Of a stretch of 64,000 nt of DNA, positions 42,459 to 54,600 are shown in pieces. The stretch's first letter is position 1; the number at the start of each line of letters is the position of its first letter. Source of the DNA: a virus; the IMG/VR virus record IMGVR_UViG_3300027858_000541, one strand, 5' to 3'. Position numbers and translations under genes: made by a program. The notes beneath the pieces are model-generated. The model worked only from the letters and a program-made list of their open reading frames with translations, was not told the DNA's origin and did not search any database.

Positions 42459-43241
42459 ATGTTTTCAGGGTTATTAAACAATTTAATACAATCGTTATCA
42501 GAATGGTTTTTTAATGTCGCTCATGCTTTGTTTAATTCAATAAATAATTTAACGAAGCTAAAGTGGGAAGAAGAAATTCATTTATTAATTATTATCCCGT
42601 TCCTCTTACTAATAACAATAAAGGTAATTTCGTTAGCTAAGAAAGATATTAAAATGAAAGATTATTATTTAAAAAATAAATATATATTGAGAACAATACT
42701 CGTTTTGTGTGTGTTAAGTTTCTCTCAAAATCAAATCATAAGTTTTGTCGTCAACTCGTTTGACTCTTTGTTTGACCCGGCTTCTATTGTAGAAATATTA
42801 AGAAATGACTTAACTATGGGGGATGTTTACCTCTCCATATCAATCGTTAATTTATTTTCTGCAGTATCCGCAACCTTAATTGCATTGTCTGAAGTACTAT
42901 CCATTTTATCACTCAAAATTACTTTAGTTCTTCTACCCCTCATCGCTTTTCTGGGATTTTATAATCCGGTGTTGAGTGTTAGTGTGTTGAAACAGGTAAC
43001 TTATGGGATTGCCTACCCAGTGATACAAACTTTTGTCATGTATATTACTATCACTCAATTTTTGCCATTAATAACGTCTAACCCCACCATATTATCGAAC
43101 ACCCTTATAAAAACCATACTCATTTTATCGAGTTTTCATTTTGCCAAAATAATTGCAGACGGATTATTTATAGAGAAGGAGAAGGAACCTTTACAGCAGG
43201 CAAATTTAAAGGCTAGACGATATATAGAGAAATTCAGATGA
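42459..43241 (+). CDS. Polytopic membrane protein, possibly VirB6/TrbL-like
   Basis: About six hydrophobic segments; ITLVLLPLIAF...VIQ pattern loosely similar to Gram-positive VirB6-like proteins. Confidence 0.35.
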   Translation: MFSGLLNNLIQSLSEWFFNVAHALFNSINNLTKLKWEEEIHLLIIIPFLLLITIKVISLAKKDIKMKDYYLKNKYILRTILVLCVLSFSQNQIISFVVNSFDSLFDPASIVEILRNDLTMGDVYLSISIVNLFSAVSATLIALSEVLSILSLKITLVLLPLIAFLGFYNPVLSVSVLKQVTYGIAYPVIQTFVMYITITQFLPLITSNPTILSNTLIKTILILSSFHFAKIIADGLFIEKEKEPLQQANLKARRYIEKFR

Positions 43242-44026
43242 ATATGAGTAGGATTATTAGTATTGCTTCTAGCATTAAATAAAACCACTCGATGCATATA
43301 CCATATACCCAATGTTTTTTGGATGATAATACTCAAAGTCTCTTTTAAAAAGTACGGAGGGAACATCACAAAATATAAGATTAGGAATAAAAGGAGGAAT
43401 TAAATTGACGAAGGAATTAGAATATAAACCAACAGAAGTACAGGAGTTAATTATAAAAGATGAGGCAGGTACCTCTAACTACAGGAATGTATCAATTGAA
43501 GAGATGGATATTATGATGAAGTATGCAGTAAAGTATCAGCAACTACATGAGGTATGGTATCAAGGAATTGAAGAAAAAGAACTAACTATTCATTTTATAC
43601 GCAAATGTAAAGAGATAATTGAAGAGTTTGAGATTCCAAGAGAAACACCTATGACTTAAGTAAAAGGAGAATATTTATTACTATTTATATGAATCCATTA
43701 ATAACGGAGAACGATATTGAATCTTATAGAATTTGGCTAAAGACGAAGGATTTTCATTATCTTAGATGTATCTTAGGAAATTTAAAAAGAGACCAATTAA
43801 AAGAGAAACCTGTTTATCTAAATCTTTCATTAAGAATTGAAATGGTTAATAAAGAAATGTTACAGAAACAAAATAGGTGAGAGAAATAGATAGATTTAGG
43901 TGCCCGTCTTCTAGATGGGTACTTTTTATTTGTAAAATATAATTTCCTGTATAGTTGATTCGGTATATATTAAATGTTAAAATATAGTTAGTTATTAACT
44001 TAATTTATTTAATGGGGGTAAGGTAA

Positions 44027-44362
44027 ATGCACGAGTTAAAAATCCGTTATGTTCGAAGAAAAACAGAAGATAGTCCATTGGAATTGTCTGTTCATTTATT
44101 GAATGAAACGGATGAAATACCAAAACATGATGTGATATGGCGAGACATCTTTACCGGGTTACCTGATGTTGAGGGGAAAGACATCTTTAATGGAGATATT
44201 GTAGAGAGTGATTGGGGATATAAATTTGAAATATTTTTTGATGATGGTGCATTCAAGACAGACTCGGAGGATTTTGAGTTTTTGAATGCACAAAATATAC
44301 GTAGATACAACCTTACAGTGGTTGGTAATATTCATGAAAATAAGATTTTACTAGAATCTTGA
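44027..44362 (+). CDS. YopX family protein
   Basis: FTGL.D..GKDIF.GDIV, F..GAF and VVGNIHEN motifs. Confidence 0.85.
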   Translation: MHELKIRYVRRKTEDSPLELSVHLLNETDEIPKHDVIWRDIFTGLPDVEGKDIFNGDIVESDWGYKFEIFFDDGAFKTDSEDFEFLNAQNIRRYNLTVVGNIHENKILLES

Positions 44363-44394
44363 GGGAATTTTAAATAGAAAGGAAGAAATATTAA

Positions 44395-44571
44395 ATGGAT
44401 ATAAGAAATTACTTGAAACTAAGCAAAAAATATAATAATTGTCCCGATTGTGGCAGTGATTTACTGGGAGAAGGATTAGGGAAATTGGAGTTAAAAAATG
44501 ATATATTTACACGCTCTTGTGAATGTGGCTTTCATATCGAAGTAGATGTAAATAAAAAAGGGAAAAAGTAG
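44395..44571 (+). CDS. Small Zn-ribbon protein, DUF3797-like (missed by the ORF track)
   Basis: MDIRNYLKLSKKYNNCPDCGSDLLGEGLGKLELKNDIFTRSCECGF...; RBS AAAGGAAG. Confidence 0.7.
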   Translation: MDIRNYLKLSKKYNNCPDCGSDLLGEGLGKLELKNDIFTRSCECGFHIEVDVNKKGKK

Positions 44572-44858
44572 GAGGAAAAACATGAATATACATGAGAAGA
44601 TTTCCCGAAAAAAAGAAATTTGTACAAAAATCGCAAATCTGCAGGCTGAAATAAAAACTCTAGAAAAAAATTGTAGTCACCCAAAGGAGATTGTAACCAA
44701 TCACGGTAGTCATAGAGAAGGGGAACTAGAAATTCATACATTTTCGTGCCAATTATGTAATAAGTATGTAAAAGTGCTAGAAGAGGATTTAAAGGATTGG
44801 GATGGAATGACTGAAATTGATGTCGATAACTGAGGAATGAAGGTGTATAGAGAAGGGA

Positions 44859-45236
44859 GTGAGCACATTGATTAATACATTTCAAGAAATGATTAAAACT
44901 GAGATAGTAGAAAGTTATATGTGGTATGACGGGCCATTATTCTATCTAATTAAAACAGAGAAAGGACAAATGTACATTTGTTATTTAATAGCTCGTCAAC
45001 CTACTGATGATAAAGAGTTTTTAGTACCAGTAACACTTGAAGAGGTAGAGGAAATGAAAACTTCGAATATTCGTGAGTGGTTTTTAAAGCAGTATAGGGA
45101 ACATAAGTTATATAGATATACAATAAACTTCGAGGCAGAATTATACAATGTGGAACAGGTAGAAGAATCTAATTATGACCCAACAGAATTTCCTACCAGT
45201 GATTTTTACATGGATAAATTAGATGCAAAAAAATAA
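44859..45236 (+). CDS. DUF6575-like protein
   Basis: WYDGPLFY...Y..Y...FLVPV pattern. Confidence 0.45.
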   Translation: MSTLINTFQEMIKTEIVESYMWYDGPLFYLIKTEKGQMYICYLIARQPTDDKEFLVPVTLEEVEEMKTSNIREWFLKQYREHKLYRYTINFEAELYNVEQVEESNYDPTEFPTSDFYMDKLDAKK

Positions 45237-46516
45237 TTAAAGAAGGAGAGATATTTTAATGAACAAAAAAACAAACATTTTATCAACTTTAGATAAATCT
45301 CAATTGATTTTAATTATTGAGAAACAACAAAAAGAGAAAGAAGTACTAATTCAGGGTATCCAAAAATTCGTAGATAAGAACTTTCATGGGGGAGCAAAGT
45401 CAAACAGAGAGGACTACGGTTCCATGGTCATGAGTAAGGAAATTTACGATTTAAGAGAACTGATTAAAGATAAAGCGGAGTGATTTAATGTTAATACATT
45501 TTGCGTTGATATTGTTAGCATTCTTTCATGCGATTCCGACGATTATTGCCTTGAACACCGATACTCCACAACTTGCATTGTTCTTTCTGTTTAGCTACAT
45601 GTTTTGGGTTATCGGTGTTTTTTGGGAGCAAGAGCAGGAAAAATTAAACAACAGTGATAATAACGAAGGAAGGTGAACCATATATGTGGATTCTGATAGA
45701 TAAAGAAGAAGGAGTAATTGGCACGTTTACCGATGAAGTTCAAGCTAATAAAGAATATGAAGAGCAAAAGAATAATTTAAGAAGTTATCAATCACATGAA
45801 ATGAATGCTCCAGAAAATGATTATTTGTTTCTGACGAAGGTGGAGAAAAGTTTCCTATCTTTTAATACTAATATACAAATGGTAAAGTCTGATGGTAAAG
45901 GTGGAATAATACCCGTTCCAGAAACGTACTGGGATTATAAAGAAGAAAAATATGATTAATTAAGTAACTATTTTATAATTTGTTAAAAGCAAATATAAAG
46001 GAGTAGTTTATGCTAAATCGTTTAAGAGAAAAAGTACAAGAGCAAATTGTCAAAACCAAAAACAAACGAGATGAGTACCTAGTTAATCAGGCTGAAGATA
46101 TGTATGAGAAAAGATTAGACTTTGAAATACAAGTAAATATTCACTTTTGGTTTTTTCTAGAGAAGGTTAAGACGCAAAATGATATCATCCGAGCTACTTA
46201 TTATGATGGATTTTCTACGAGGAAGATTAAGGCAGTATCAAGTGATGTCCATTCGGGTATAGAAGATGGTATCTTAATCTTTACATTTGGAGAATACGAA
46301 TTTAGAAGTTTTTTAAGAAAAGGAATTAATAACAATCCTGTTAGCACTAATATAAAATGGTTAACCCCCAATACCCTCCACATCGAAATCATCCTTAATG
46401 ACATGTATGAGTTTAAAAAATTCACAGTTATAGTAGAAACAGATGACTCCTACAAGTAGTAAATAGCCTATATAGAATTCTAGTACTATAGCTATAATTC
46501 TACAGGCTAATTTTTA

Positions 46517-46545
46517 TAGCTTATAGTCAATACATTTGATATAAT
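46517..46545 (+). promoter_or_regulatory. Degenerate operator copy (TAGCTTATAGTCAA) next to an extended -10 TGaTATAAT
   Basis: Right half-site ATAGTCAA intact; three mismatches overall. Confidence 0.4.
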
Positions 46546-46801
46546 TGCTTATAGTAAAAATGTTATAGGAGGTAAAGACACAATGATTTCAATAAAGAAA
46601 AAACTGAATTTAAGGAAAAAAGAAAAGAAAAAAATGGAGTTTATTTCTTTTAGACTTCCATCATTGGAAACTTTAATTATCATTAGCATCGTATTAAGCA
46701 TGGCAGTATGTGTAATATATTTGCTTAATTATGAACAGATACCGACTCAAATGGGAGTTAATTAGTAGCAATGAGCAGAAGGTTTAAGGAGGGCATTATA
46801 C

Positions 46802-47605
46802 ATGATAATTTTACATTTCTCTGATTTACATTTTGATGTGAACGAAAGATATACGAAAGAGCCTTTAGTCGATATATTTTTCGAATATCTACAGGGAGTG
46901 CAATATGATGTGTTACTCCTTTCTGGTGATATTACAAATTCCTACCGAGATACCTTAGATATTTTAGATGAAATAAAAAATATGACTAAAAAACCTGTTT
47001 ATTTTGTTCCGGGTAACCATGATTTGGTAACTCATAAAGGGGACTGGACAGGGGAAGTGTATCAACAATATCTGAACCATTCATCTAATCTAATTGGCAA
47101 ACCAGTTGTTTTAGAAAATGGATTGGCACTTGTTGGTGCATTGGGTTGGTATGACTACTCCTATGGAAACAAGGATATCCCATTGGCATTTTATCCATCT
47201 ATTAAAAAAGAAGTTTGGTTTGACGGAGGAAAGATTAACTGGAAGAAAAGCGATTTGAGTGTGTCTCATTTATCTCAAGAAACACTTAAACAAGATTTAG
47301 AAAGTGTAAAAGAACATCCTATTTGGGTTTTAACTCATTTTGTTCCATATCAAAAGTTTATTGTTTACAAAAGTGAACTTTGGAATACCTGCAACGCTTT
47401 CATGGGGTCAGATAAAATTGGAAAACTCATTGACCGGTATTCTTCTGTACAATATGTTTCCTTTGGACATACACATAAACGATTTGGAAAAAGAAAGCAC
47501 AAGAAAAAAACAATTATTTGTAATCCATTAGGATACTTAGCTGAATGGGAAGCAGATAATTTTTTACAAGAAATAGAGAAAATCGCAGTATTTATACAAG
47601 TCTAA
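46802..47605 (+). CDS. Calcineurin-like metallophosphoesterase
   Basis: SDLH, SGDI, PGNHD, THF.P and FGHTH motifs. Confidence 0.92.
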   Translation: MIILHFSDLHFDVNERYTKEPLVDIFFEYLQGVQYDVLLLSGDITNSYRDTLDILDEIKNMTKKPVYFVPGNHDLVTHKGDWTGEVYQQYLNHSSNLIGKPVVLENGLALVGALGWYDYSYGNKDIPLAFYPSIKKEVWFDGGKINWKKSDLSVSHLSQETLKQDLESVKEHPIWVLTHFVPYQKFIVYKSELWNTCNAFMGSDKIGKLIDRYSSVQYVSFGHTHKRFGKRKHKKKTIICNPLGYLAEWEADNFLQEIEKIAVFIQV

Positions 47606-50600
47606 GAAAGGAGAAAAACAAATATGACAATTAAGAAAGTGAATATATTGCTCATTCTATTTGGATTGCTTTTAAGCTTTTTTGCAGGAACATTTTTCCC
47701 GTTGGATTTAGATAAGGGGAAAAAGATTGTTTCGGGAGCTTCAGAGAGTTCAGACGAGAATACCATTGAAATATTAATGGAACCATTTATCACGCAACAA
47801 GAAGCATTGTCAGGGGTCTCAGGTGTAGTAACAGAAATCGAGAAAGGAAAGTATTCTGCTGTATTTGGAGCGGATGAGTTTGAAGTCGATATTTATTACA
47901 ATGCAAAAGGGGAACCGGTAAATGCCAATTTTAAAGAATTCCTAACAGACCAAGTAGAGAGTGAGGTAATAGAATGAGTAGGAAACGAGTTTGGGAATCT
48001 GTAATCATATTCACTCTAGTTATTATTTCTTTTTGGATATTCATTTATCACTTACCAAATGTTTCTGCAGAAGAAGAACGATTGGCGCTGGCGGTAGAAA
48101 CCTTGTCACTGGAAAACAAAGAAATTGAATATGATTATGGTTACTATACAAAACATATTAAAGAAGATAACACGATGATAGGAGAAAACATTGACCGACT
48201 TATCGCAATAGAAAATGATACGATGACAGTTTATATGCTCAGTTTTTTCTATGATAAAAAAGGAAAATTAATTAAGGTGAATGCTACTAATGTAGAATAG
48301 GAGGGGAATACTATTGAAAAGCAGATATAGGAAACATATAAACTCTATTGTTCGGAATAGTCCTCTTATTGCCTTTTCAAGAGAAGACCAATTCGGAAAG
48401 AATATTGTAATACCCAAAGCAGATTTATCTTACTTTACGGAGTATGTTCGCTTAGATGATACTGATTCTTTTGAAACGACATATAAATTAAAGCTAAAAG
48501 ACATGTATTCAAATGTAGTAATGTTTACGGATAACTATCTGATTTGTGGTGGTCATCAATATATTTACTTATTAGTTCCTTTAAGGGATGGAAATTATCA
48601 AGTAGTCGAAAAAGAAATCATTCAGGATTGGACACAGGCATACTGGTTAAAAGAAGACCCACATAATAAAAGGAACTGGGCATATATAGACGAGCATGTT
48701 GCTGATTTATTTGAATTTATATTAAATTCATTTGATAAACGTTGCAAAGTGAAATTTTAACGATTCTAAAATGATTTATGCCTCCTCTTTAAAGGAGGTT
48801 TTTTAGATTTATAAACATTCTTTGATTGAATAGAATATAAGGTATTGAAAAAGTAGGTAAACAATAGTTTATATTAAAAAGGAGCGGTTATGTATGACAG
48901 AAATGATATTAGAAAGAAATAGTAAATTTACAGATTTTAAGGACTTTACTCTGAAACAATTTAATGAAAAGTACGGAACAGAACTAAAGGTTAATATGAG
49001 TATCGAGCAAACAACTGACCACATTGAAACAATGGATAAAGGATGTTTTTATTCTTCTTATCGTCCGGAAGATGTACTTGATTCGATGAATGAAGAAGGA
49101 GAAATAGTAGAGTTATTGGATATACATTTAGTCAATATTGAAGGATTATATATTGCAATGTATGTATAACTCAATATTACTAGAGGAGTGAAAAAAGGTG
49201 AAAATTATACTTCCATTAAGGTTATTAAAATTTCGTGTTCTCTTTCTGGTGGGGTGGATAATCCGTAACGAGAAAATGAAAAGGGAATACAAAACCCGAA
49301 TCAATATTAGAAAGATAGCTCACAAAGTAGGAAGAAGCATTGTAGAAGTGAAGCAATCTCAAGGGAGGAATTTGGATGGACTTTGAAATTCAATATGATG
49401 GTAAAAAACGGTATGCGGAAATGGAAGATATTCTACTGCACTTAAAAGACTTAGGTGTGAAGCAAGCTATGAACCCGAGTGAAACAGGTATCGACTTAGC
49501 ATTAGTTTCCATGTCAAAAGGAGAGAAACACTCATTTGAAAACGAGAGGTACGAAGAAATTACAGTGGTACGAATTAGTATTTGAAAAGGAGCGAGGGTA
49601 AATGGGTTATAGACACTATATGTATGTAATTAGTAAAGAAACCGTATATACAATTCAATCTATGCAACTTGATGAATTAGGGAAAAGCTATCATGATGAT
49701 GGAGATGATTCATTTAGAATTCACAAGCTTCCTATAGAAATGTTGCATAATTTTGGTGAGATGGATTCTGATTCTGCGGAACGTATTTATCAAATAGGTA
49801 TACCTTTATTTGCAGATAAAGATGTGATGAGAGAACTAGAAAACTACGAACCATATATAGTAGGTAAACAAGGATTGATAGAATCTATTAATATCTACAG
49901 AGAAAAAGTAATTAATTACTATAAAGGATTGCAGGAAGATACGGTAGATGAGTATTTCAAAGACGATAATCGTACCTCAATAGAAAAACAAGTGGCGCAT
50001 GTTCAAAATGTTCTACATGAATGGGAAAGGTTCCCACCAATTAATCTAAATGAAAATACAGATATAATAACGTCCTCATGGAAATTTGAGTATTCTATAT
50101 TTGAGTTGGTAAGGAAGTTAAAAAAGATAGATTTTGATAGGAATACGATTCTATTTTTTGGCTTTTAATAATTTAGAGAGGATGATAAGCATGCAAAAGT
50201 ACGCATGTATCAAGGAATTAGTGCTACAAAAATTCGATGAAGAAGGTGCTAGTTTAGAAGGAGAAACTTTGGTAATTGATTTAGGTACTGGCTGGGAGAA
50301 GGAAGAAAATTCTACTAAATTTGTTGCGACATCAGACGCAGTTAGATTAACAGAAATTTATAAAGAGGGTATTTATACAGGTTTTGGTCGGTGGATTGAA
50401 ATTCATGAAGATACATTGGAAGCACATTTCAAAAAACTAGATTAAAGGGGTGAATAGGTATGTTCGGAAGTGTGATAAAAGGTGAAATGTCCGTATGTTG
50501 TAACGTACAGGTCAAAAGAGGAGCAAAACTTGCAGGATACGAACCCTATTGTACGAAGTGTAGAAAAAAGTGTGAAATCCAAATAGAAGAATCTAAAAAT

Positions 50601-51171
50601 GGAAATTAGTGCATGGGCGAGCTGGGAATGTGTTAAACATTGAAAAAGTAAATTTAGATAACATAGGAAAGAGTGATTCAGATAAATAACCTACAAAAAA
50701 TGAATGAAATACTCGAAGCTAGTTACACAAAAGAACAGATGTTAAGTTGGGCGGAACACCATAGAATATTTGTTTGCTTTTTAGAAGATGATGAAGAATT
50801 TTACAGTATGACAGAGTCTATTTCCTCATTTATGAATTCTGAATTTCATAAAGAATGGATGGATGAATTCACGATTTGGAGAAATTTCTTGGATGCAGAA
50901 TACGTATTTTCTTCAGATAAGTCAACAGAAGACAATGCAGACATAGGTAGGTATACAAAAATTATACAAGAACTAGAACGCCTAAAATCTTCATTGGATG
51001 TTCGTAAAGATTACGATGCTGTTGAAGTCTTAAATGAAACAATTCAACGCTTAGGAAGTATTTAATAGAATAGGATATGAATAAGCTTGGCATAGCTAAA
51101 AGTTAACCACATAAATTATTAAACAAGAAAAAGCCCCACTCATATTGGTGGGGCTTTTATGTGTAGTTTTA

Positions 51172-51693
51172 TCAAAAAGAAAGACAAAGAAAATCATCAA
51201 CATTAGAAGATATGATATCCGTTACATCTTGTGCTGGTATACTGACTTTCAACACAATATAACCTTCATGTCCATATCCATAAATACATTGAATGTATTC
51301 ACCTGTATAATCAGCCTCAACAATTAGCATATCATCGTCATCGAAATGACCTTCTACATAAGTACGAAGATTTTCTAAACCTGTTTCATTATCCTTATCG
51401 ACTCCATAGAGACCTATTCCTAAATCATTAATCCAACCAACTGTTCTATTACAAAGCAATCCTTTTTCATGGATGGATTGTTTATTTAATGTGCTTGTGA
51501 TGTGTAGCACTTCGACTTTACCAAATTTTTTTAAAGAAATAAAATCTATATTGTTTTCAGTAGCAAATTTCTCTATTGAAAGACCGGATGCAAGGAGGCA
51601 TTCCATTTCATCTACTGTAATAATTAGGTGTTTAAAAATAAATGAAGTACCCATTCCTGCTGTCTGCTCTATTCGATTTAAAATTTCTTGCAT
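51172..51693 (-). CDS. Possible ADP-ribosyltransferase-fold (H-Y clade/Tpt1-like) protein
   Basis: VLHIT....QSI..KGL...LG.GLYG pattern. Confidence 0.35.
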   Translation of the reverse strand: MQEILNRIEQTAGMGTSFIFKHLIITVDEMECLLASGLSIEKFATENNIDFISLKKFGKVEVLHITSTLNKQSIHEKGLLCNRTVGWINDLGIGLYGVDKDNETGLENLRTYVEGHFDDDDMLIVEADYTGEYIQCIYGYGHEGYIVLKVSIPAQDVTDIISSNVDDFLCLSF

Positions 51694-54600
51694 GCTTCAT
51701 CTCTCCAATTCATTGATTAAATACAAGAATTATATTTGTACAAAAAATCCTTCATGCACGGTAGCTAATTCATACCGTTTTCCATCGGATAGAATATACT
51801 GCTCATCTAAGAACTCTAGTTCGTCTCCTTCTGCATCAACATTGCTTTCACTTGATTCTATATCGTAAACCTCGTTTGTTTCTAAATTCCATTTGGCAGA
51901 GGTAATCACTTCGAAACCATCATTCCAAACAGAAATAAATTGTACATTTTTACTCATTTTTACATTCCTCCTATATAAGTGTCTATGACTCCTTTAATCT
52001 ATTTACCTTTTATTTTATCTAGGGACATGTGTAACTATTCATAAAGAAATAATAGTTGGATAGTTTTCTATAATAAAAGGATATGAAAAATAAAGGTTTA
52101 GCTAATTGCTAAATAATAAAGGAGGTAACATAAACGTAAATTATATTTTACAAATACATGATACTGGTGTATAATTGTATTAATATAATTAAGGATACAA
52201 GAAAGAGGGAGTATAAATGGGGAGCAACATTCTGATTGAGATGAAGGATAAGAAATGGCTCGAATTGAAAAGTACTTTAGAAAGTAACGCCTTTGGATTC
52301 CAAGAAGCACACCTAGTAGACTTTAATGGGATGTATTTCTTAGTAGAAGTAAAAGATGGTTCGGGTGTGGAAGATGAAGTAAAAATAATTCCGAACGGAA
52401 AAAGTCTCTTTGATGTGTATCGGAATTCTCCAACAGAATTTGGAGATTTTTATGGAACAATTCAGCTTTAAATCTAACTAAAACAAACAAAAAAGGGAGC
52501 GGTAAAAATGAAAATTAAAAAAGAAGGATATGTAATGAATGAAGATAAAAAATCAAAACTGGTGGAAATAGTACCTGTTGAAGAGTTGAATGAAACTCAA
52601 TCCCAATTGTCATCTGCTCCTGTTATTAGTGAGAGTGAATTACGTTTATTTCACGGGGCTTTATCTAGTATAAACTATAGTTTTTTACATTACCGGGAAG
52701 ATAGTAGTTTTTCTCGAATGCAGGAAGACCTCTCCTTTTTTCTAGAGCAGTTAGAAACCTATGAGGGCGACTATTCCGAGACGATTAAATCCATCATTTC
52801 TGGGGAATTAGAAAATATCATCAATTCAGGCATTTATGCAGAGGAATCTGAGAATGTGGATGAAAATTTAACTGAGTTCTCCGAAGAACTAATGCGTACG
52901 ATTGTAGATATAACGAACACTAAAATGGAGAGAGTATACGGTTTGTATATGGAAGTTGCGAAATCCATTATTTCTGACAATAAAATGGTCTGATGTTTTA
53001 TGAGAAGCTAATAAACTAGGAGGTTTTTAAAATGACAACATTAAAACTCATTGAAAAAAAACAAACAGAAGGATATGAAATTGAGGTATATGAATCTGAA
53101 TACTATCAGCTACGTCTAGAAACAAAGTTAAACCGTGGATGTAAAATAGTTAGAATGAGTCATTTATCTGGTGAATATATGCCTACAATTTATGTTTTTA
53201 ATGATGATGCAGATAATAATTTTGAAATTAAAATTCAAACATCAAGTTATGGTTCTTTGGAATTAGATGATATTCAAAAGGTCATTAATGGGTATGAAAT
53301 TGCAGTTGCTCATATAAATGAAATAAAAGAGATTCTGAAAAATTAATGACTAATAGAGGGAATTAATCTTCTCTCTATTTTTTTTATAAATGAATTATCA
53401 GTTGCGTATATTATAGGAGATTCAAAAATAAGGAATAGGTTATTCTATACCAATATGAGAATGGAGAGAATATAAAAATGGTAATGACAAAAGAACAGAT
53501 TAATAAGGTAATAAGTAATGAAGTAGAAAGTTTAATATTAACAGAAGGCATAGCTTCTTTAGAATCTATTGAAGCAGAAGTAAATGAAGAAGAGGTAACG
53601 GAAATTATTGTGAATAACAATTATGGAATCAGCGTTTCACTCGAAACCTCATTAAGTCAAGAAGAAGTCAATACAGTTTGTAATGAAATTTTAGAAAACA
53701 GTAAATAAGAAATATAAACTAAAAAAGGTGGAGAACTTATATGAAAAAGGTAGAAATTGATAAGAACTATAAAGAATTATTAAAAAGAGATGCGGTTTCA
53801 GAAGCAGAAAGTGTATTTAAGAAGTCGTATACAGAATTTACTCCAGAAGAAAGTTCCATGATGTTTGCATCTGCTTATCACATGAATCAAAACACAAAGA
53901 ATTATTTGAAGGGGTTAGGAGATACACATTTTGGTATCTCATGGAATGAATTCAAAAACATTATCGAGTCATACGGATTTATTTTAGGTTTAAAATATGA
54001 TTTTCAGAATGAAAGTTATACTGACGAAGCAGTTTTATATTATTACCCACAAAAAGGATTAGTTATTTGGGCAACTAGTTATGGCAATAAAGAATCTCTA
54101 AACGGTGGCACACTTTATGGGGAAGTGAAAGCAACTGAAAAAGTAGAGTTTGAAGATGTTTATAACGAAAGGTTAAATGTGACATTTAAAGAAATGAGAC
54201 CATCCGATAAGTTAAAAAAAGGGATAGAATCATTGAGAAACTGTTCACATAATGCATATAGAGACATTGAGACAGGAATTAGATTTAGTTACGATGTTCG
54301 AGAAGCATTAATAAATACGATTGAAGAAATCGGAGAAAATTTAGAAATGGTGAAAGTATGGAATGAAAAACCATTTTTATGGTTCTTGGATTACAAGGAA
54401 GATAAAGTTCCGGGATATAACAATGAGGAACTTACAAAAGAAAAGATACGAAAGTGTCCATTAGGGTTACAAAAAATGTTAGGAGTATACATGAAAGGAG
54501 AGGCGTAAGCCCCTCCTTTTTCTTATGGATAAAACTGAATTGCATAGAATATAGGAGATTCAAAAAAAAGGTGTAGGTAAAACTATAACTTTTATTAAGT

